A stretch of 64,000 nt of DNA from Candidatus Babelota bacterium (lineage in GTDB: Bacteria > Babelota > Babeliae > Babelales > JABDEC01), in contig JABDEC010000005.1 in assembly GCA_013287265.1 (NCBI GenBank), forward strand, positions 265 to 64,264. Direction: 5' to 3'. Both the position numbers and the translations under genes were made by a program. The notes beneath the pieces were generated by a model. It searched no databases and was not told the origin of the DNA. It saw only the letters and a program-made list of their open reading frames with translations. Below, piece by piece: positions 60,861-64,000 of this stretch (positions are counted from its first letter, which is position 1; each line of letters begins with the position of its first letter).

Positions 60861-61868
60861 GTGCTTTTGCAAAGAATTATTTTTGTAATAATTTTAATTT
60901 TGTTTAATTTAGCTAAAGCAAATGATTCCCAAGTTTTGCAAAAAAATGATGCTAATAATGAAAATATTGTTCAGGAAAAGGTGCAAAAATCTGAATCTAA
61001 ATCTGAAGAAAAAGATCTGAAAGATGATGAACCTGAATTAGAACTATTAGATCAAATAGAAGCTGAAATAATTTCATTCTCCGAAGATGGCTCGGAAAAA
61101 AAGATTTTAACTATGCAAAATGTCAGACAGAGAGCTTTTGACGGAAATAAATATACTACTCAAGATTTAATTGACCAGACTTTGTGTGACAATTTTAGTA
61201 AATTTTTAAAAATATCTGTATCTAATGATGATATTAATAGATATCTTAAAAAAATGAATTTAACAGAAAAAGATGTTAAAGGCATTGCCGAACATTGGGA
61301 TTATCCTAATGTAGATGCATTTTATGAAGATTTAAAACGTACTTATCGCGCAAATGGCGCAATTAAATTTGAAATCGATTCACAATTAACTGTTTCTGAA
61401 GATGAGATTAAAAGTGAATATGATGCAACTCCGGTCTATGAAGAAGCATATTACATGATAGAAAATGCATTTATTCCACTTTCAAAAGATGTTGAAACAT
61501 TAAAAGCTGAATTACAGAATTATGCTCAAGGAAAAATAAAAAGACCTGATTATGTAAATTGGCAAATCGCTGCAAAAGTTTTAGAAGCAGAAATCCCTGA
61601 ACAAAATAAATTTTTATTTGATTTACCTGTTGATGAAATTTATATAAAAGAAATGCCGGATGGTTTTGATTTATTTAAAATTAAACGTAAACAACCAAGA
61701 ACTTTGGTTTCAATGGAATCACGAAAAAGTGAAATTGTACCAAAAATTCAGCAGGCTAAATATCCGACAGTTTATGAAAATGTTTTGCAAAAATTGAGAA
61801 GTAAATCATTAATTTATAGACCTGATCAGGAATTTGTAATTCCGACTAAATTAAAAGATTTAATATAA
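60861..61868 (+). CDS. secreted SurA-like chaperone candidate
   Basis: GTG 60861 follows aaggaataaa (the track start TTG 60846 lies inside the terminator); signal peptide. Confidence 0.4.
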   Translation: MLLQRIIFVIILILFNLAKANDSQVLQKNDANNENIVQEKVQKSESKSEEKDLKDDEPELELLDQIEAEIISFSEDGSEKKILTMQNVRQRAFDGNKYTTQDLIDQTLCDNFSKFLKISVSNDDINRYLKKMNLTEKDVKGIAEHWDYPNVDAFYEDLKRTYRANGAIKFEIDSQLTVSEDEIKSEYDATPVYEEAYYMIENAFIPLSKDVETLKAELQNYAQGKIKRPDYVNWQIAAKVLEAEIPEQNKFLFDLPVDEIYIKEMPDGFDLFKIKRKQPRTLVSMESRKSEIVPKIQQAKYPTVYENVLQKLRSKSLIYRPDQEFVIPTKLKDLI

Positions 61869-61879
61869 AAATTATTTCC

Positions 61880-63112
61880 TTATTCTTTCAATTCATCAAT
61901 TTCTTGCTGAATTTCCAATGTTTTTTTAATTAGATCGTTTTTTTTGTTTTTCAGTTCAGGTTTTGATTGAAAATATGTATTTAAAAGATCTTCTAAATTC
62001 ATATCAATTTTCATTAAAGTTCTTTTTGCTCTGCTTTCAATTTGTCTTATCGGTACAATGCCGACTAAAAACATTGCACTTTCACACGCTTGTTGGACTA
62101 ATCTTAAATTTACTGAATCTTTTTCATTTTGTGGTAAAAAATAAAGAATTTTAACAATTGCATCATTAATATTATAATTTTTTATTATTTCAAGAAGTTG
62201 TTGAGTGTGATCTATTTCAGGTTTTAGATGTGCTTCAATTTGTATAAATGGTCGCACTGGCGTTTTGACGAATTCATGAGTTGTGTTTCCTTTTTCATGA
62301 ATTTTTACAAAACAAAAACCTTTATCTTCTTTTCGCTCACCAAAATCTACACGTTCAATTGATCCTGAATAAACTATTGCTGGATATCCATTTAGATTTA
62401 AATTCTGATATCTATGAAGATGTCCCAATGCGACATAATCAAAAGGTGCAATTGCTAATTGAGACGGTAAAAAAACGGGATCGTTTCCATAAATTGCGCG
62501 CTTTTCTGAGCCAGAAAATATTCCAGAACTTACTGTTAAATGTCCTGTAAACACTGCAGGAATTTTTGGGTCTAATTCTTTTGCAAATTGTTCGATTAAT
62601 ATTCCAACGTTGTTAGAAATATATTCTGTAATTTCTGTTGCAGATTTTAAAAAAAATTTATTATTTAAAGAAATATTGTTTCTTGACGGCCAAGGTATGC
62701 CAACAATTTGTACGGGACCATTTTTAGTCTGCAGGACAAAAGATGCAGGTTTTGAAATTACATAAAAACCATCAACAGGAAGATTGCCAAAAACATCCAA
62801 TGCTGTTGCTTTGCCAAAACTTAAAGGATTGTCATGATTACCCACAATAATAATTATCGGAATATTTGCTTTATAAAGTTTTAACAGACATTGCATTAAA
62901 AGTTTTTGTTGTGTCGGGCTTGGATTTGCAGTTTTATATGCATCACCGGCAAATAAGAAGAAATCTACATTTTTCTCAATTGCAAAGTCTATGCAGAAAT
63001 TTAATGCCTTTTCAAAATCTAAAAGTCTGGAATGAATTCCGGTTTTTGAATCTATTTTTCCGTAATTTTCCATGCCGAAATGTATATCGGCAGTATGGAT
63101 GAAGCTTATCAT
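61880..63112 (-). CDS. sbcD: exonuclease SbcCD subunit D (Mre11-like nuclease)
   Basis: FIHTADIHFG, FAGDAYK, GNHD and GHLH metallophosphoesterase motifs. Confidence 0.85.
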   Translation of the reverse strand: MISFIHTADIHFGMENYGKIDSKTGIHSRLLDFEKALNFCIDFAIEKNVDFFLFAGDAYKTANPSPTQQKLLMQCLLKLYKANIPIIIIVGNHDNPLSFGKATALDVFGNLPVDGFYVISKPASFVLQTKNGPVQIVGIPWPSRNNISLNNKFFLKSATEITEYISNNVGILIEQFAKELDPKIPAVFTGHLTVSSGIFSGSEKRAIYGNDPVFLPSQLAIAPFDYVALGHLHRYQNLNLNGYPAIVYSGSIERVDFGERKEDKGFCFVKIHEKGNTTHEFVKTPVRPFIQIEAHLKPEIDHTQQLLEIIKNYNINDAIVKILYFLPQNEKDSVNLRLVQQACESAMFLVGIVPIRQIESRAKRTLMKIDMNLEDLLNTYFQSKPELKNKKNDLIKKTLEIQQEIDELKE

Positions 63113-64000
63113 AGCGAAGCAGTATTTGTATTTTTATTTGTAGATTTTTTTACAAAATTTTCTTTGTTTTGTTGTTGTGATTGTGCAATATCAACAAAAT
63201 TTCCGACAACTGATGCACTACTGATTACAGTTTCTGAATGTATGTGCGCAAACGGACCAACTTTTGCATTATTTTTAATTTCTGAATTTTTAACAATTGT
63301 GTGAGATTCTATATGTACATTATCTTCCAGAGTTGCATCTTGCAAAATGCTAAATGCTTCAATTTTGCAATTTTGTCCGATTTTTGTGTTTCCATAAAGT
63401 TGAACACTTGCGCCGATATAAGTTCCTGAACCTATTTGAACGTTTAGATCAATATGATTATTTTGCGCAGCGGAAAATCTTATTCCTTTTTCCATCCAGA
63501 ATTTTATTAATTCTGCGCGTTTAATTTGTTCTGCTGCCCACAATTCCTGCAAAGTATTTATTCCTCGAATAATGTCAAATGGAGCATTTATTGTTTCGAC
63601 TTTATATCCTTTTTCACTTGCGATGTTGATTAAATCTACAATATAAATTTCGCCGGTTACTTTGCTTTTTTCAACATTAAAAATTGTATTTTTTAAGAAT
63701 TCTTTTTTAACTAAATAAATTCCGGCATTAATGCAACAATGTGCATATCGGTCTTCTTTATCATCTTTAGCTTCAACAATTTTAATTTTTCCATTTTCTT
63801 CAATAACTCTTCCGTATGCGTGAGGTGTTGGATCAATATTATGAGCTGTCACAAAACTAATAACAGCATTATTTTTTAAGTGGGTATCAATTAAAGAACT
63901 TAAAATTTGTTTATTAATTAAAGGACAATCTCCATTTAAAATTAAAATGTCTTCTTTTTGCCAAACAGACTCTGAACATTTGACCGCATGACCTGTGCCT
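63109..64000 (-). CDS. glmU: bifunctional UDP-N-acetylglucosamine pyrophosphorylase / glucosamine-1-phosphate N-acetyltransferase (5' end outside window)
   Basis: The frame stays open to the window edge (GTGHAVKCSE...LNGDCPLI); left-handed beta-helix hexapeptide repeats in the C-terminal half. Confidence 0.85.
   Translation of the reverse strand, partial: GTGHAVKCSESVWQKEDILILNGDCPLINKQILSSLIDTHLKNNAVISFVTAHNIDPTPHAYGRVIEENGKIKIVEAKDDKEDRYAHCCINAGIYLVKKEFLKNTIFNVEKSKVTGEIYIVDLINIASEKGYKVETINAPFDIIRGINTLQELWAAEQIKRAELIKFWMEKGIRFSAAQNNHIDLNVQIGSGTYIGASVQLYGNTKIGQNCKIEAFSILQDATLEDNVHIESHTIVKNSEIKNNAKVGPFAHIHSETVISSASVVGNFVDIAQSQQQNKENFVKKSTNKNTNTASL

Overview
Very AT-rich bacterial chromosome segment; sample lines I hand-counted in typical genes run about 15-35% G+C. 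It opens with a complete rRNA operon: 16S, tRNA-Ile(GAT), tRNA-Ala(TGC), 23S, 5S, with a sigma70-type promoter, two boxA-like motifs, long processing stems and an intrinsic terminator. The rest mixes housekeeping genes (pepD, pyrG, ogt, murB, trhO, pheT-lspA-pgpA-comF, sbcD, glmU, an ABC-2 exporter pair, an M16 peptidase) with many small ORFs that start with Sec-type signal peptides. Two accessory blocks stand out. (i) 29.3-38.8 kb is a same-strand, tightly packed run of about 17 genes for small secreted proteins from a few paralogous families. An ankyrin-repeat protein, a histidine phosphatase and eukaryote-like flavoenzymes are embedded in it, and three members end in an identical C-terminal G-C-I-I-N (CaaX-box-like) motif. 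(ii) 47.9-50.1 kb holds six tandem genes for secreted, basic, cysteine-rich proteins built from repeated CxxxC...CxC modules. Other notable points: a D-amino-acid-oxidase-like flavoprotein whose motif order indicates circular permutation; three secreted VanX-type D-Ala-D-Ala dipeptidases; and clear gene decay at 38-42.6 kb, comprising a 16S rRNA A1408-methyltransferase-like gene with two in-frame TGA codons, a decayed second copy of it, a frameshifted GNAT and a G+C-anomalous hydrolase. There are also two frameshifted small-protein paralogs, plus G+C-rich structured islands, one apparently inserted in frame into ogt and two intergenic. Ankyrin and eukaryote-like motifs, secreted peptidases, pseudogenes and low G+C suggest a host-associated or intracellular bacterium. 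A Dependentiae/TM6-like lineage is my guess only and is not verified. I recognised no CRISPR array, transposase, integrase or phage gene.
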